Source of the DNA: an uncultured bacterium
GTDB lineage: Bacteria; Patescibacteriota; Minisyncoccia; Phycocordibacterales; Phycocordibacteraceae
Direction of reading: 5' to 3'
Length of the DNA stretch: 64,000 nt
NCBI GenBank assembly: GCA_937879955.1
Contig: CALFMK010000001.1
Location: forward strand, 201,578-265,577
The position numbers were made by a program, and so were the translations under genes. Shown in pieces: positions 8,427 through 18,914 of this stretch (the first letter of the stretch is position 1; the number at the start of each line of letters is the position of its first letter). The notes beneath the pieces are model-generated. The model was not told the origin of the DNA, ran no database searches, and saw only the letters and a list, made by a program, of their open reading frames with translations.

Positions 8427-9431
8427 CTACAACGGATGCTGGGCGAGCACCTGCTCCATCTCCGCAGCCGACGCGGTCTCCATGAGCGCTGCGCGGAGCT
8501 CCGCCGCGTTGTCGAAGCCGGTGGCGAACGCCTTCACGTGCTTGCGGACGAGATGGAAGGACTTCGCCGGGCGCATCGCCTCGAAATCGTGCGCGAACGC
8601 GACGAGCGCCTCGAGCCGTTCCTTCGGCGTCGTATCCGCGAAGGTCCTTCCGGCGAATACCCACGGATTCCCGAAGATGCCGCGGCCGATCATGGCGCCG
8701 TCGCAGCCGCTCTCCTCGATCTTCCGCACGGCGTCCGCGCGGTCAGTCACGTCGCCGTTCCCGATGATGCGGGTATTCGGCGCGATGCGGTCCCGGAGCG
8801 CGACGATGCGCGGCATGAGCTCCCAGTGCGCCGGCACCTTCGACATCTCCTTGCGGGTGCGCAGGTGGACCGTGAGCGCAGGCAGGTTCTCCTCAAGAAG
8901 CGCGGGGAGCCATTCGTCGATCGCCTCCTGGTTGTAGCCGATGCGCGTTTTAACTGAGACCGGGAGCCCGGACTCGCGTGCCGCCTTGATGATCTCCTTC
9001 GCCTTCGCCGGGTTCTTGATCATCGCCGCGCCGCACCCCTGCTTCTCGATGGACTTGTCCGGGCAGCCCATGTTTATGTCGATGCCGTCGAATCCGAGCT
9101 CGGCGCAGAGCTTCGCGGTATAGGCCATCGCTACGGGATCGCTCGAGAAGAGCTGCGCCACGATGGGACGCTCGCCTTCCGTGAACGCGAGGTCGCGCAT
9201 GAGCGGGTTCTCGTCATCCGGAACACCCTTCTTCTCGCGCATGTGATAGATGCCATCCGCGGACACGAACTCGGTCCAGGTGACGTCGGGCTTCCCATGC
9301 TCGGCTATGAGCTTCCGGTACGCAGGGTCGGTCACGTCCGCCATAGGCGCGAGTACGAAAAAAGGCTTCGAGAGCCTTGCCCAGAACGTATCCATTGAGG
9401 CTATCCTACCTGCCGCGGATTCATTCGACAA
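8427..9431 (-). CDS. dus: tRNA-dihydrouridine synthase
   Basis: FVLAPMADVTDPAYR...GFDGIDINMGCP...VSVKTRIGY match the Dus TIM-barrel FMN motifs. Real start possibly MDTFW at about 9395. Confidence 0.85.
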   Translation of the reverse strand: MSNESAAGRIASMDTFWARLSKPFFVLAPMADVTDPAYRKLIAEHGKPDVTWTEFVSADGIYHMREKKGVPDDENPLMRDLAFTEGERPIVAQLFSSDPVAMAYTAKLCAELGFDGIDINMGCPDKSIEKQGCGAAMIKNPAKAKEIIKAARESGLPVSVKTRIGYNQEAIDEWLPALLEENLPALTVHLRTRKEMSKVPAHWELMPRIVALRDRIAPNTRIIGNGDVTDRADAVRKIEESGCDGAMIGRGIFGNPWVFAGRTFADTTPKERLEALVAFAHDFEAMRPAKSFHLVRKHVKAFATGFDNAAELRAALMETASAAEMEQVLAQHPL

Positions 9432-9504
9432 TATCGAAACCCTCGCGTAAAGTGCGGCCAGATGTTCCGCCGTGGCGCATCGATGCTCGCAGGGAGGCTA
9501 GGTC

Positions 9505-9918
9505 ATGAAAAGGACCGTATTCGCCTTCGCGAGAACGCGCGAGGGTATTATTGCCGTACGAAGGGCGGGAGAGACGCAGTGGCATTTTCTTGAGATCGAG
9601 GTTCCCGCGAACGAACCTGACTGGAGGAAGTCCGCGAGTCAGGGATTCGAGAACGCGACAGGCGTGCCTTCAAATCCTCAGGAATGGGACCTCATCGTCT
9701 CAAACGTGAACCAGAACGGTAGCAAAGGAAAGAAGCGCGAGACCATATATTGCGAGATGCGGATATCGAATCCGAAGATCCTCGAGTGTAAGCGGTCTCG
9801 CGGAAAAGACGGTCACCAGGTGGAGATAGTCTCATATTGGAAGGCTGAGAACAGTTTCAATCTCTGCAAGAAGGACCGTGACTTCCTTCACGTACACGAT
9901 CTGCTTGGCCCTTTCTAA
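9505..9918 (+). CDS. hypothetical protein
   Basis: 137-aa ORF between two minus-strand genes, lower GC. A weak Nudix-like impression was not trusted. Confidence 0.35.
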   Translation: MKRTVFAFARTREGIIAVRRAGETQWHFLEIEVPANEPDWRKSASQGFENATGVPSNPQEWDLIVSNVNQNGSKGKKRETIYCEMRISNPKILECKRSRGKDGHQVEIVSYWKAENSFNLCKKDRDFLHVHDLLGPF

Positions 9919-9961
9919 GGAGCATGCCGGCGCGCAGGATATTCCTGAGCGCCGGCTTTTC

Positions 9962-10969
9962 TTATTCCCCTGCCCGCTTGAAGTACGCCTTGCCCGAGAA
10001 GCGCAGGTCGACATACTGGACCGAGCCGTCATTGAGCGCGAGCTGCGGGAACACGCTCGCCGCGATGCCGGCCGCCTCCTGCTCGCGACCGAGCACGTAG
10101 GTTATGCGGGTGCCGGCCTTCGTGTAGAGGTCGGCCTCGTCCTCGCGGAACGCGATCGACACGACATCAGCGCCGAGCGTCTGCACCGCCTTCACGAACC
10201 GGAGCGCCTCGGGGATGCGCGAGGAATGCCCGATATGCGCCTTCACCGGAGATGCGCCCTCCTGCCCTTCGATGGCGCTGTATACCCTGAGCGCCTCGGT
10301 CGTCGAGGCGAGCTCCGGAGGCACCGGCGCGAAGATGAGCCCTTCCGCGTTCGCGCTGTAGCAGGCGCCGTCGCCGAGCCCAGGGGCTTCTCCGCACCAC
10401 ACGAACGCCTCGGCGCGCGGAAGTGCACGGACGCGTATCGCGTTCAGGCCGTCAGCCGTTATGGAGACGGCTTCGATGTCGGGATAGGTCCCGAGGATGC
10501 GCGCGCGCATGTCCTCTTCAGGGATGAAGAAGAGCGAATTGCGCGGCAGCACGAACGCGTGCGTTCCCTGGAGCGACTGCTCAGCGATTTGCTTCGTGTC
10601 CTCCGCATGCGGACCCTCCACGGACACCGCGCTCACGCGGAACGCCGGGAGCCATGCGAGATAGACAAGGCCTGCCAGGAGCACGGAGAACGCGATGCCA
10701 AGTACGATGAGGAGCGCCTTCCGGTTCTTCTTGCGGCGCTTCTTCAAGGGCTCCTTCGGCTCAGGGCGCGCCTTCTTCCCGCGCGTGATAGTCACGTTCT
10801 TCGTCGAAGCAGGCACCGCCGGCTTCGCCACCGCCTTCGGGCGCGGCTTCGCGTGCATGTCATGCATGGTGCGTGGCGCAGGCGAGACGCGCGAAGCGGC
10901 CGGCTTCGCGACGGGTGCGCCCTGCGTGCGCGCCCTAGGCGCGATGTCCCAGGATTTCCTTTCCGACAT
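9962..10969 (-). CDS. ftsQ: cell-division protein FtsQ/DivIB-like (TM helix plus POTRA domain)
   Basis: Basic N-terminus, TM ALLIVLGIAFSVLLAGLVYLAWL, then POTRA-like FRVSAVSVEG...AIRVRALPRAEAFVW and C-terminal YVDLRFSGKAYFK. Confidence 0.55.
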   Translation of the reverse strand: MSERKSWDIAPRARTQGAPVAKPAASRVSPAPRTMHDMHAKPRPKAVAKPAVPASTKNVTITRGKKARPEPKEPLKKRRKKNRKALLIVLGIAFSVLLAGLVYLAWLPAFRVSAVSVEGPHAEDTKQIAEQSLQGTHAFVLPRNSLFFIPEEDMRARILGTYPDIEAVSITADGLNAIRVRALPRAEAFVWCGEAPGLGDGACYSANAEGLIFAPVPPELASTTEALRVYSAIEGQEGASPVKAHIGHSSRIPEALRFVKAVQTLGADVVSIAFREDEADLYTKAGTRITYVLGREQEAAGIAASVFPQLALNDGSVQYVDLRFSGKAYFKRAGE

Positions 10970-12218
10970 ACGGGACGAGCGCTTCAGGGACGCGTATCGT
11001 GCCGTCCTCCTGCTGGTAGTTCTCGACGAGCACCGCGAGGAAGCGCGGGAACGCGAGCGCGGTGTTGTTCAGCGAGTGCGCGAACTTGAGCGTGCCGTCC
11101 TCGTCGCGGTAGCGGATGTTGAGGCGGCGCGCCTGGAAGTCATGGAAATAGGAGGACGAGTGGGTCTCGCGGTACTTGTTCTCCCCAGGCATCCACGCCT
11201 CGATGTCGTATTTCTTCACCTGGCCGAGACCGAGGTCTCCGCCGCAGTTCACCACGACGCGGTACGGGATGCCGAGGGCCTGGAGGACCTCCTCCGCGTT
11301 CTGCGTGAGCTCCTCATGCAGGCGCACCGATTCGGCATGCGACGCCTCGGAGAGGACGACCTGCTCGAACTTGTAGAACTCGTGCACGCGCACGAGGCCC
11401 TTCGTGTCCTTCCCGTGCGCGCCGATCTCGCGGCGGAAGCACGGCGAGAAGGAGAAGTACTTCAGCGGGAACTGGGACTTGTCGAGGGTCTCGTCGAGGT
11501 GATACGCCATCGTGGCGACCTCGGCGGTTCCAGCGAGGTACTCGGCGTCCTGCGTCTTATAGAGGTCGTCCTCGCTCTGCGGCAGGTAGCCGGTACCCAT
11601 GAATCCCTCGCGGCGCACCAGGGACGGCACCACCATCGGCGTCCAGGTGTCGCCCTTCGCGTTCTTCTGCATGAAATGGTTCGTGAGGAACTGCCAGAGG
11701 CCGTACATGAGGAGCGCGCCGTCTCCCTTCAGGAAGTAGCCGCGGAATCCGGCCACCTTGGTGCCGCGCTCGAAGTCGGCCATGTCCGCCTTGCCCATGA
11801 GCTCGACGTGGTCCTTCGCCGGGAAGGAGAACGCTCTCGGCTCTCCCCACTTCTTCACCTCCTGGTTCTCCGCGTCGCTCTCGCCTTCCGGCACCGTCAT
11901 GTCGGGGATGTTCGGGACGGCGAGCATGAGCTTCTGCCACTCCTCCATGACGGCCTTGAGCTTCTCCTCGAGCTCGGCCATGCCTTCCTTCACGAAACGC
12001 ATCGCCTCGAGGAGCTTCTCGCGCTCCTCGCCCGAGGCGAGCGCGATGGTCTTGCTCGCATGATTCTGCTCCGCGCGCTTCGCGTCGAGCGTCTGGCGGA
12101 GCTGCTTGCGCTCGTCGTCGACGGCGATGAGGCGGTCGATATCGATCTCTATGTGCTTCTTCGCGGCACCCATCTTTACGAGGTCCGCGTTCTCCCGGAT
12201 GAAGTGGATATCGAGCAT
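10935..12218 (-). CDS. serS: seryl-tRNA synthetase
   Basis: N-terminal coiled coil MLDIHFIRENADLV..., class II core with FRRE and GGDLGLGQVKKYDIEAW motifs. Confidence 0.9.
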   Translation of the reverse strand: MLDIHFIRENADLVKMGAAKKHIEIDIDRLIAVDDERKQLRQTLDAKRAEQNHASKTIALASGEEREKLLEAMRFVKEGMAELEEKLKAVMEEWQKLMLAVPNIPDMTVPEGESDAENQEVKKWGEPRAFSFPAKDHVELMGKADMADFERGTKVAGFRGYFLKGDGALLMYGLWQFLTNHFMQKNAKGDTWTPMVVPSLVRREGFMGTGYLPQSEDDLYKTQDAEYLAGTAEVATMAYHLDETLDKSQFPLKYFSFSPCFRREIGAHGKDTKGLVRVHEFYKFEQVVLSEASHAESVRLHEELTQNAEEVLQALGIPYRVVVNCGGDLGLGQVKKYDIEAWMPGENKYRETHSSSYFHDFQARRLNIRYRDEDGTLKFAHSLNNTALAFPRFLAVLVENYQQEDGTIRVPEALVPYVGKEILGHRA

Positions 12219-12310
12219 GATTTCCGTACTATACGGCAGGATGGCTTCATGGAAAAGACGCGGTATACCGAATATGCTAGGGTAACGCGAGAACAGCAGA
12301 GGAGGTCGTC

Positions 12311-12610
12311 ATGGCCGACATAGTGACTGAGCTGGATATCAAGGAGGGTATCCGAAAGTACAATGACGAGATCTTCCCTGCCTTTTCGGAAGAGGAGCAG
12401 ATCCTCGCCCTGGCCGGGAATCGACTCAGCGCATACTACGAGGTCTACGACAGCATCAAGACCCGGGAAGAATCCGCACGAGACTTCTTGGTCAAGGAAT
12501 ACGGCCCGAAGTTTGCCGAGCGCGTCCTCGCGGACCCGAATCTCAGGAAGAGGATGAGGCTGGACGAGCCGCCGGTGACGACCGGCACCGAGACTGCCGG
12601 GACCATATGA
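12311..12610 (+). CDS. hypothetical protein
   Basis: 99-aa ORF divergent from serS. Confidence 0.4.
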   Translation: MADIVTELDIKEGIRKYNDEIFPAFSEEEQILALAGNRLSAYYEVYDSIKTREESARDFLVKEYGPKFAERVLADPNLRKRMRLDEPPVTTGTETAGTI

Positions 12611-12701
12611 CCTGAAGAGCGCGCCGGCATACCCGGCGCGCTTATCTTTCTCTTATCTCTTCCCAATCCCCCCACTATCGCGCATTACGTACTCTCGCGA
12701 G

Positions 12702-13370
12702 ATGGACATACGCACCATCGAACAGGATTCATACACCGAGGAAGGGCTCGGGTCGCTCAGCGAGATCCCGCAGCCACCAGAACGCCTCTGGCTGCGCGGC
12801 ACGCCCCCGCCGAAAGGAACGAGGAAGCTCGTAGTTGTCGGATCGAGATCGCTCACCGACTACGGCCGACATGCCTGCGAGTCTCTTATAAAAGGTCTCG
12901 CAGGGTATCCGGTATCCATCGTCTCAGGACTCGCGCTCGGGGCGGATGCCTGCGCGCATCGGGCCGCGCTCGCAGCCGGCCTCCATACCATCGCCATACC
13001 AGGCTCCGGGCTCGACGAACGCTTCATCGCGCCGCAGACGAACCTTGCCCTGGCGAAGGAGATCCTCGCGTCCGGAGGCGCGCTCCTTTCCGAGCATCCG
13101 CCGAAGACGCAGGCGCTTCCGCGCTACTTCCCTTCGAGGAACCGGATCATGGTAGGGATCGCCGACGCGGTGCTCGTCATCGAGGCGGGAGCACGGTCGG
13201 GAACGCTCATCACGGCGCGCCTTTCGGCCGAGTACGACCGCGCGCTCATGTGCGTCCCGCACCGCATCCACGAGGCCAATAGCTACGGTCCGCACCAGTT
13301 CATCAGGCTCGGCGCGGAGCTCGTCTCGGAGAGCGCGCATATACTCGAGACGCTCGGCATTCCTGCGTGA
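12702..13370 (+). CDS. dprA: DNA processing protein DprA/Smf (Rossmann-fold domain)
   Basis: LVVVGSRSLTDYGRHACESLIKGLAGYPVSIVSGLALGADACAHRAALAAG...GSGLD...LSEHPP matches the DprA/Smf family. Confidence 0.85.
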   Translation: MDIRTIEQDSYTEEGLGSLSEIPQPPERLWLRGTPPPKGTRKLVVVGSRSLTDYGRHACESLIKGLAGYPVSIVSGLALGADACAHRAALAAGLHTIAIPGSGLDERFIAPQTNLALAKEILASGGALLSEHPPKTQALPRYFPSRNRIMVGIADAVLVIEAGARSGTLITARLSAEYDRALMCVPHRIHEANSYGPHQFIRLGAELVSESAHILETLGIPA

Positions 13371-13437
13371 ACATAAAGGCGCGTCCACCGGCTATGCTTG
13401 ACCATATATAGGTATGCGCGGTATCTCTTGATACTAC

Positions 13438-15837
13438 ATGGCAAAGAGACTCCTCATCGTAGAGTCGCCTGCGAAGGCGCGCACCATCCAGCAGTACCTC
13501 GGTTCCGACTACGAGGTACTTGCCTCCGTGGGCCACGTCCGCGACCTCCCGAAGTCCAACAAGGATGCGGTTGATATCGAGGACGGCTTCAAGCCGCGCT
13601 ACGTCATATCGGCCGACAAGCGTGACGTGATAGAGAAGATCAGGAAGGCGGCGGCGAAGGCCGACGAGATCTTCCTCGCGACGGACCCCGACCGCGAAGG
13701 AGAGGCGATCGCCTGGCACGTGAAAGAGGCCGTGGGCCTGAAGAAGCCCCAGCGCGTGGTCTTCCACGAGATCACCAAAGCCGCTGTCGAGGAGGCCCTC
13801 GCGCATCCGCGCGCGATCGACGAGGACCTGCGCCGCGCGCAGGAGGCGCGCCGTGTGCTCGACCGTCTCGTAGGCTACGACCTCTCGGGTCTCATCTGGA
13901 AGAAGGTGCGCTACGGCCTCTCGGCCGGACGCGTGCAGTCCCCGGCGCTCCGCATCCTCGCCGAGCGCGAGCGCGAGATCAACGCGTTCGTCCCCGAGAC
14001 GTACTACACGCTCGACGCCATCTTCAAGGCGGAGACCAAGCAGGCGAAGGCCGAGTTCCCCGCCTCCTGCGTCGAGGAGCCGACGTCAGCGAGCGAGGCC
14101 GAACGTATCGTGACCGTCGGACGCGCGTCCTCATGGGTAGTCGCCGAGGTGAAGGAGCGCGCCGAGGAGCGCCAGCCGCGCCCGCCGTTCACCACATCCA
14201 CTCTCCAGCAGGCAGGCTCCACCCGCCTCGGCTTCTCGCCGAGCCGCACCATGCGCGCGGCCCAGAAGCTCTACGAGGCCGGTCACATTACCTACATGCG
14301 TACGGACTCCGTGAACCTCTCGAAGGACGCGGTCGCCGTGATGGCGAAGACCGTGGAGGCAGAGTTCGGGAAGGAGTACGTCGAGGTGCGTGCCTATAAG
14401 ACGAAGAGCAAGAACGCGCAGGAAGCGCACGAGGCCGTCCGTCCCACCGATCCCGCCCGCAAGACGGCGGGCAGTACCGCGGACGAGCAGAGCCTCTATG
14501 CCCTCATCCGCACCCGCACGCTCGCGTCCCAGATGGCTGCCGCGAAGATGCTCCGCACGAGCGTGAAGGCGCAGGCCATGAAGGACGGCGCTGACGCAGG
14601 CATCCCGCTCTTCAGCGGCAACGGCTCGCGCGTCGTGTTCCCGGGCTGGCTCGTCTGCGACACGAAGGCGCGCGGCGAGGACGTCGAGCTCCCGAAGCTC
14701 ACCGAGGGCGAATCCCTCGGCCTCGTCTCGCTCGGCTCGCTCGAGAAGCAGACCGAACCGCCCAACCGCTACACGGAGGCAGGCCTCGTGAAGGAGCTCG
14801 AAAAGCGCGGCATCGGCCGCCCGTCGACGTACGCGTCCATCATGAAGACCATCCAGGACCGCGGCTACGTGGAGAAGACCGGCCGCACCCTCACCCCGAC
14901 CGCGACCGGCATGGTGGTATCCGGCTGGCTCGAGGAACATTTCGCGGACTACATCAGCGACTCGTTCACGGCCGAGATGGAGGACGAGCTCGACGAGATC
15001 TCGCGCGGCGAGCGCGGATACGAGTCGACGATGAAGGAGTTCTACGGCCCGTTCAAGAAGGCCGTGGACTCGAAGGAGGACCTCCCGAAGGCGACAAGTC
15101 TCGGGAAGGTGCCTGACGAGATCCGCTGCCCGGTCTGCGGTGCGCCGATGGAATTCAAGCTCGGCCGAGGCGGCGTCTTCATGAGCTGCACCCGGTATCC
15201 GGAGTGCGAAGGCGCGCGCCAGGAAGATGGCACGGAGTTGAAGAGCGACGAGCCGCTCGGCAACGATCCTGAGACCGGCACGCCGATCTTCGTGAAGACC
15301 GGACGCTTCGGCCCGTACGTCGAGATGGAGATCCCTGCAGAGCTCCCTGTCCAGGAGTTCACGAAGACTGGAAAGCCGAAGAAGATGAAGGAGCCGAAGA
15401 AGGCGTTCAAGCGCGCGAGCGTGCCTGCGGGCGTCGACCTCGCTTCCCTCACCCTCAAGGACGCCCTCCACTATCTCTCGCTCCCGCGCACGCTCGGGAA
15501 CCATCCGATAAGCGGCAAGCCCGTCATCGCGAACATCGGACGCTTCGGCCCGTACGTCGGCCATGACGGCGAGTTCCGCTCGCTCAAGGGCGCGGACGAC
15601 CCGTACACCGTGACGCTCGACCGCGCGGTATCCGTGCTCGCGGAACCGAAGCGTCCGCCCAAGGGCGTCGACATCGTGCGCGAGGTCGGCAAGCATCCGA
15701 AGACCGGCAAGGCCATCACGCTCTACAAGTCGAAGGCAGGCCTGTTCCTCAAGAAAGGGCTCCGCCGCATCTATCTGCCGGAGAGCCAGAAGGCCGACGA
15801 GCTCACCCCGCTCGAGGCCGCCGAATACCTGAAATGA
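13438..15837 (+). CDS. topA: DNA topoisomerase I
   Basis: MAKRLLIVESPAKARTIQQYLG...VGHVRDLP (TOPRIM), active-site Tyr region ITYMRTDS, C-terminal Zn-ribbon CPVCGAPM...CTRYPECEG. Confidence 0.95.
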   Translation: MAKRLLIVESPAKARTIQQYLGSDYEVLASVGHVRDLPKSNKDAVDIEDGFKPRYVISADKRDVIEKIRKAAAKADEIFLATDPDREGEAIAWHVKEAVGLKKPQRVVFHEITKAAVEEALAHPRAIDEDLRRAQEARRVLDRLVGYDLSGLIWKKVRYGLSAGRVQSPALRILAEREREINAFVPETYYTLDAIFKAETKQAKAEFPASCVEEPTSASEAERIVTVGRASSWVVAEVKERAEERQPRPPFTTSTLQQAGSTRLGFSPSRTMRAAQKLYEAGHITYMRTDSVNLSKDAVAVMAKTVEAEFGKEYVEVRAYKTKSKNAQEAHEAVRPTDPARKTAGSTADEQSLYALIRTRTLASQMAAAKMLRTSVKAQAMKDGADAGIPLFSGNGSRVVFPGWLVCDTKARGEDVELPKLTEGESLGLVSLGSLEKQTEPPNRYTEAGLVKELEKRGIGRPSTYASIMKTIQDRGYVEKTGRTLTPTATGMVVSGWLEEHFADYISDSFTAEMEDELDEISRGERGYESTMKEFYGPFKKAVDSKEDLPKATSLGKVPDEIRCPVCGAPMEFKLGRGGVFMSCTRYPECEGARQEDGTELKSDEPLGNDPETGTPIFVKTGRFGPYVEMEIPAELPVQEFTKTGKPKKMKEPKKAFKRASVPAGVDLASLTLKDALHYLSLPRTLGNHPISGKPVIANIGRFGPYVGHDGEFRSLKGADDPYTVTLDRAVSVLAEPKRPPKGVDIVREVGKHPKTGKAITLYKSKAGLFLKKGLRRIYLPESQKADELTPLEAAEYLK

Positions 15838-16129
15838 GAAAGACGGAGCGTTCTGCTCCGTCTTTTCGTATCTCTCTTACGCACCTCCGCCCGGCGCGTC
15901 ATCGACGTGGCCGAGCGGTAGGTCCTCCGCGAGCGGCGCTCGATGGATGCCAGCGGCGCTAGTGAGCGATTCCATGACATCTTCGAAGTTGCAGTCCTCC
16001 GGTGTACGAGCGTCTCCCATCGGATGCACCCTTCCGCAGAACGCGCAGCGACCGGTCGTTGCGATGACCATTAGTACCTCCCGTGATAATGACCGTACCT
16101 GAGAGCGATGATACACTTCACGGTACGCT

Positions 16130-17728
16130 ATGACCACCGTCAAGGAGATACTCGCCCAGATGAGCGGCCTCACGCCAGAGGAGACCGCGCTGATCGAGAA
16201 GGCCTACGAGTTCGGTAGGAACGCGCACAAGGACCACACCCGGTACTCCGGCGAGCCCTATTTCATACACCCTGCGGCGGTCGCGAAGCATCTCGCCGAG
16301 CTCGGCATGGACGCGCCGACGGTAGCGGCCGCGCTCGTCCATGACACCATCGAGGACGTCGGCACCACCCCCGAGGAGATCGGCGCAGCGCTCGGTCCTG
16401 AGGTGCTCTTCCTCGTGGAAGGCGTGACCAAGCTCGGCAAGCACAAGTACCAGGGCGGCGAGCGCCATGCAGAGTCCTTGAGGCGGCTCCTCGTCGCGAC
16501 CGCGTCCGACGTGCGCGTGCTCATCGTGAAGCTCGCGGACCGCTACCACAACATGACGACCCTCGCGCACGTGCCGGAGGCGAAGCAGAAGCGCATCGCG
16601 CTCGAGACGCTCGAGATCTACGCGCCTATCGCGGACCGCCTCGGTATGGGTTCCATGAAGAAGGAGCTCGAGGACCTCGCGTTCCCTGCCATAGACCCTG
16701 ACGCGTACCAGCACGCGGTAGAGGTGCGGAAGTTGAAGAACAAGGAGACCGAGGCCGGCCTCGCGCGCGTCCAGAAGGAACTCCGCCACGCGCTCGCGCG
16801 CAAGGAGCTCAAGGACTTCTCGACCTCCGTGCGCACCAAGGGTCTCTGGAGCCTCCACCAGAAGCTGAAGCGCAAGGGCGACGACATCACGCGTATCCAC
16901 GATATCGCGGCCCTGCGCGTCGTGGTGCCCACCATCGACGACTGCTACACCGCGCTCGGCGTGATCCATTCCCTCTGGAAGCCGCTGCCGGGAGAGTTCA
17001 AGGACTACATCTCCTTCCCGAAGCCAAACGGCTACCAGTCCCTCCATACGACGGTCGTGACCGGGGACGCCGGCATCGTCGAGATGCAGGTGCGCACCAA
17101 GGACATGCACCAGCGTGCGCAGTTCGGTATCGCCTCGCACATGTCGTACAAGGCCCTCGCGAAGGATTCCGGCAAGACCGCCTTCCAGCGGCTCTCCTTC
17201 CCGTGGATCCGCGACCTCGTGCCTGCGCTCCTCAACATGAAGCGACCTGCCCCTGCCGCGAAGGACGTGCAGGCTTCTACCGAGATCCCGCGCTGGCTCA
17301 CCGATCTCAAGGAGGCGCATGCAGAGGTGGTGGGAAGCGACGAGTTCGTCGAAGGGCTCAAAAGCGACTTCTTCTCGCATCGCATATTCATCTTCACGCC
17401 GAAAGGCGACGTAATCGACCTTCCCACCGAGTCCACGCCCGTGGATTTCGCCTACGCCATCCACAGCGACCTCGGCGACCACATGCAGGGCGCGAAGGTG
17501 AACGGCAAGCTCGTGTCGTTCGACACGCAGCTCCGGAACGGCGACATCATCGAGATCCTCAAGTCGAAGTCCGCGCGACCGACGGCGAAGTGGATAGACT
17601 ACGCGCGCACGAGCATGGCGCGCCGCCACATCCGCGCGACGCTCGACGACACTGACCGCGCGCGCCCCTCGGGCGACAACCTGAAGCCGCGGAAGGACTA
17701 TCCGCGGAAGCAGAAGAAGGCGAAATAA
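16130..17728 (+). CDS. rel: bifunctional (p)ppGpp synthetase/hydrolase, RelA/SpoT family (short Rel, HD + synthetase + TGS)
   Basis: HD domain HDTIEDV, RelA_SpoT synthetase block (IHDIAALRVVV...GYQSLHTTV), TGS-like IFIFTPKGDVIDLP. Confidence 0.9.
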   Translation: MTTVKEILAQMSGLTPEETALIEKAYEFGRNAHKDHTRYSGEPYFIHPAAVAKHLAELGMDAPTVAAALVHDTIEDVGTTPEEIGAALGPEVLFLVEGVTKLGKHKYQGGERHAESLRRLLVATASDVRVLIVKLADRYHNMTTLAHVPEAKQKRIALETLEIYAPIADRLGMGSMKKELEDLAFPAIDPDAYQHAVEVRKLKNKETEAGLARVQKELRHALARKELKDFSTSVRTKGLWSLHQKLKRKGDDITRIHDIAALRVVVPTIDDCYTALGVIHSLWKPLPGEFKDYISFPKPNGYQSLHTTVVTGDAGIVEMQVRTKDMHQRAQFGIASHMSYKALAKDSGKTAFQRLSFPWIRDLVPALLNMKRPAPAAKDVQASTEIPRWLTDLKEAHAEVVGSDEFVEGLKSDFFSHRIFIFTPKGDVIDLPTESTPVDFAYAIHSDLGDHMQGAKVNGKLVSFDTQLRNGDIIEILKSKSARPTAKWIDYARTSMARRHIRATLDDTDRARPSGDNLKPRKDYPRKQKKAK

Positions 17729-17772
17729 GAAGAGCCGCTCGATATCGAGCGGCTCTTCTTATTTCGATTCGG

Positions 17773-18834
17773 TTAGACCGTGAAGCTGCTCACCGAGTAG
17801 AGGTCTTCCTCGGGCTCCTGCCGGACCGCAGGGAGCGGCGCGGGCGGGATCTCCGCGAGCTGCGTCGTGTTCGGATGGATAGGCATCGGCGAGAGCGGCG
17901 ATGGCACAGGATCGGGCTCTGAGGGGTCCGCTGCTGGCTGTGCCTCTTCCGCGAGGAGCGCCGCTTCGCGGGTAGCGAGCATCGTAGCGATATGCGAGAG
18001 GTCCTCCGGCGAGAAGAACTCGATGAGGAGGCGGCCGCCCTGCGGACGGTTCTCGATGAGGACGCGGGTGCCGAGCGTCTCCGTGAGGGACTTCTCGAGC
18101 GCCATCATCTCGGGCGTCTTGTCGTGCTTGCGGATCTTGTCCTGCGCGAGGCGGCGCGCCATCTGCTCAACCATGCGTACCGAGGTCTTCTTGAGCACGA
18201 TCTCCTTGAAGAGCGTGTCGCGCTCCTCGGGCTTGTCGTTCAGCATCAGGAGCGCGCGGGCATGTCCCTCGGAGAGCTCCTTGCCCACCACCGCCTGCTG
18301 GATGGCCTCAGGGAGCATGAGGAGGCGGATCGAGTTCGAGACGTACTCGCGCGAGCGGCCGATCTTCGCACCGATCTCCGCGTGCGAGATGGCGAAGGTC
18401 TCGGCGAGCTGCGCCAGCGCCTTCGCACGGTCTATGGCATTGAGGTCCTCGCGCTGGAGGTTCTCGATGATGGCGAGCTCGAGCTTCATCTTGTCCGTCT
18501 GCTCGCCTGCGCGGATCACGACCGGCACCTCCTTGAGGCCGATGAGCTTGGAGGCCCTCAGGCGGCGCTCTCCGGCGATGAGCTGGTAGAGGGCCTGGAT
18601 GCCGCCCTCGGCCTTCTCGACCTCCTTGCGGGTCACGACGAGCGGCTGGAGCACCCCGTACTGCCGTATGGACTCCGCGAGCGCCTTGAGGCGCTCTTCG
18701 TCGAACTCGACGCGCGGCTGGTACGGGTTCGGCTCGATACGGCTCACTTCAACCCAGTACACCGAGTCGTACTTCGTCGGCTGTACGAACGATTCCCCCT
18801 GCTGATTCCCGGACATAGTCATGATGAGAGTCAT
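17773..18834 (-). CDS. parB: chromosome partitioning protein ParB/Spo0J with extended Pro-rich C-terminus
   Basis: VSRIEPNPYQPR, GERRLRASKLIGL (ParB box), HTH region ISHAEIGAKIGRSREYVSNSIRLL. Confidence 0.9.
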   Translation of the reverse strand: MTLIMTMSGNQQGESFVQPTKYDSVYWVEVSRIEPNPYQPRVEFDEERLKALAESIRQYGVLQPLVVTRKEVEKAEGGIQALYQLIAGERRLRASKLIGLKEVPVVIRAGEQTDKMKLELAIIENLQREDLNAIDRAKALAQLAETFAISHAEIGAKIGRSREYVSNSIRLLMLPEAIQQAVVGKELSEGHARALLMLNDKPEERDTLFKEIVLKKTSVRMVEQMARRLAQDKIRKHDKTPEMMALEKSLTETLGTRVLIENRPQGGRLLIEFFSPEDLSHIATMLATREAALLAEEAQPAADPSEPDPVPSPLSPMPIHPNTTQLAEIPPAPLPAVRQEPEEDLYSVSSFTV

Positions 18835-18914
18835 TGTATCATCGCGCCTCCGCTTTGCAGGAGCGAGACCTGTGAAGTACGATTACCTGCGTGCCGATAC
18901 GTCGGTGCGCATCG

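Noticed and set aside
9505-9918. Weak Nudix-like impression for the 137-aa hypothetical protein
   Set aside because: The Nudix box (GX5EX7REUXEEXGU) cannot be located convincingly. Left as hypothetical.
15877-16173. 98-aa minus-strand ORF with CxxC (CAFCGRVHPMGD) between topA and rel
   Set aside because: Overlaps the well-supported rel start; no expression signals. Likely spurious, though a tiny zinc-ribbon peptide cannot be excluded.
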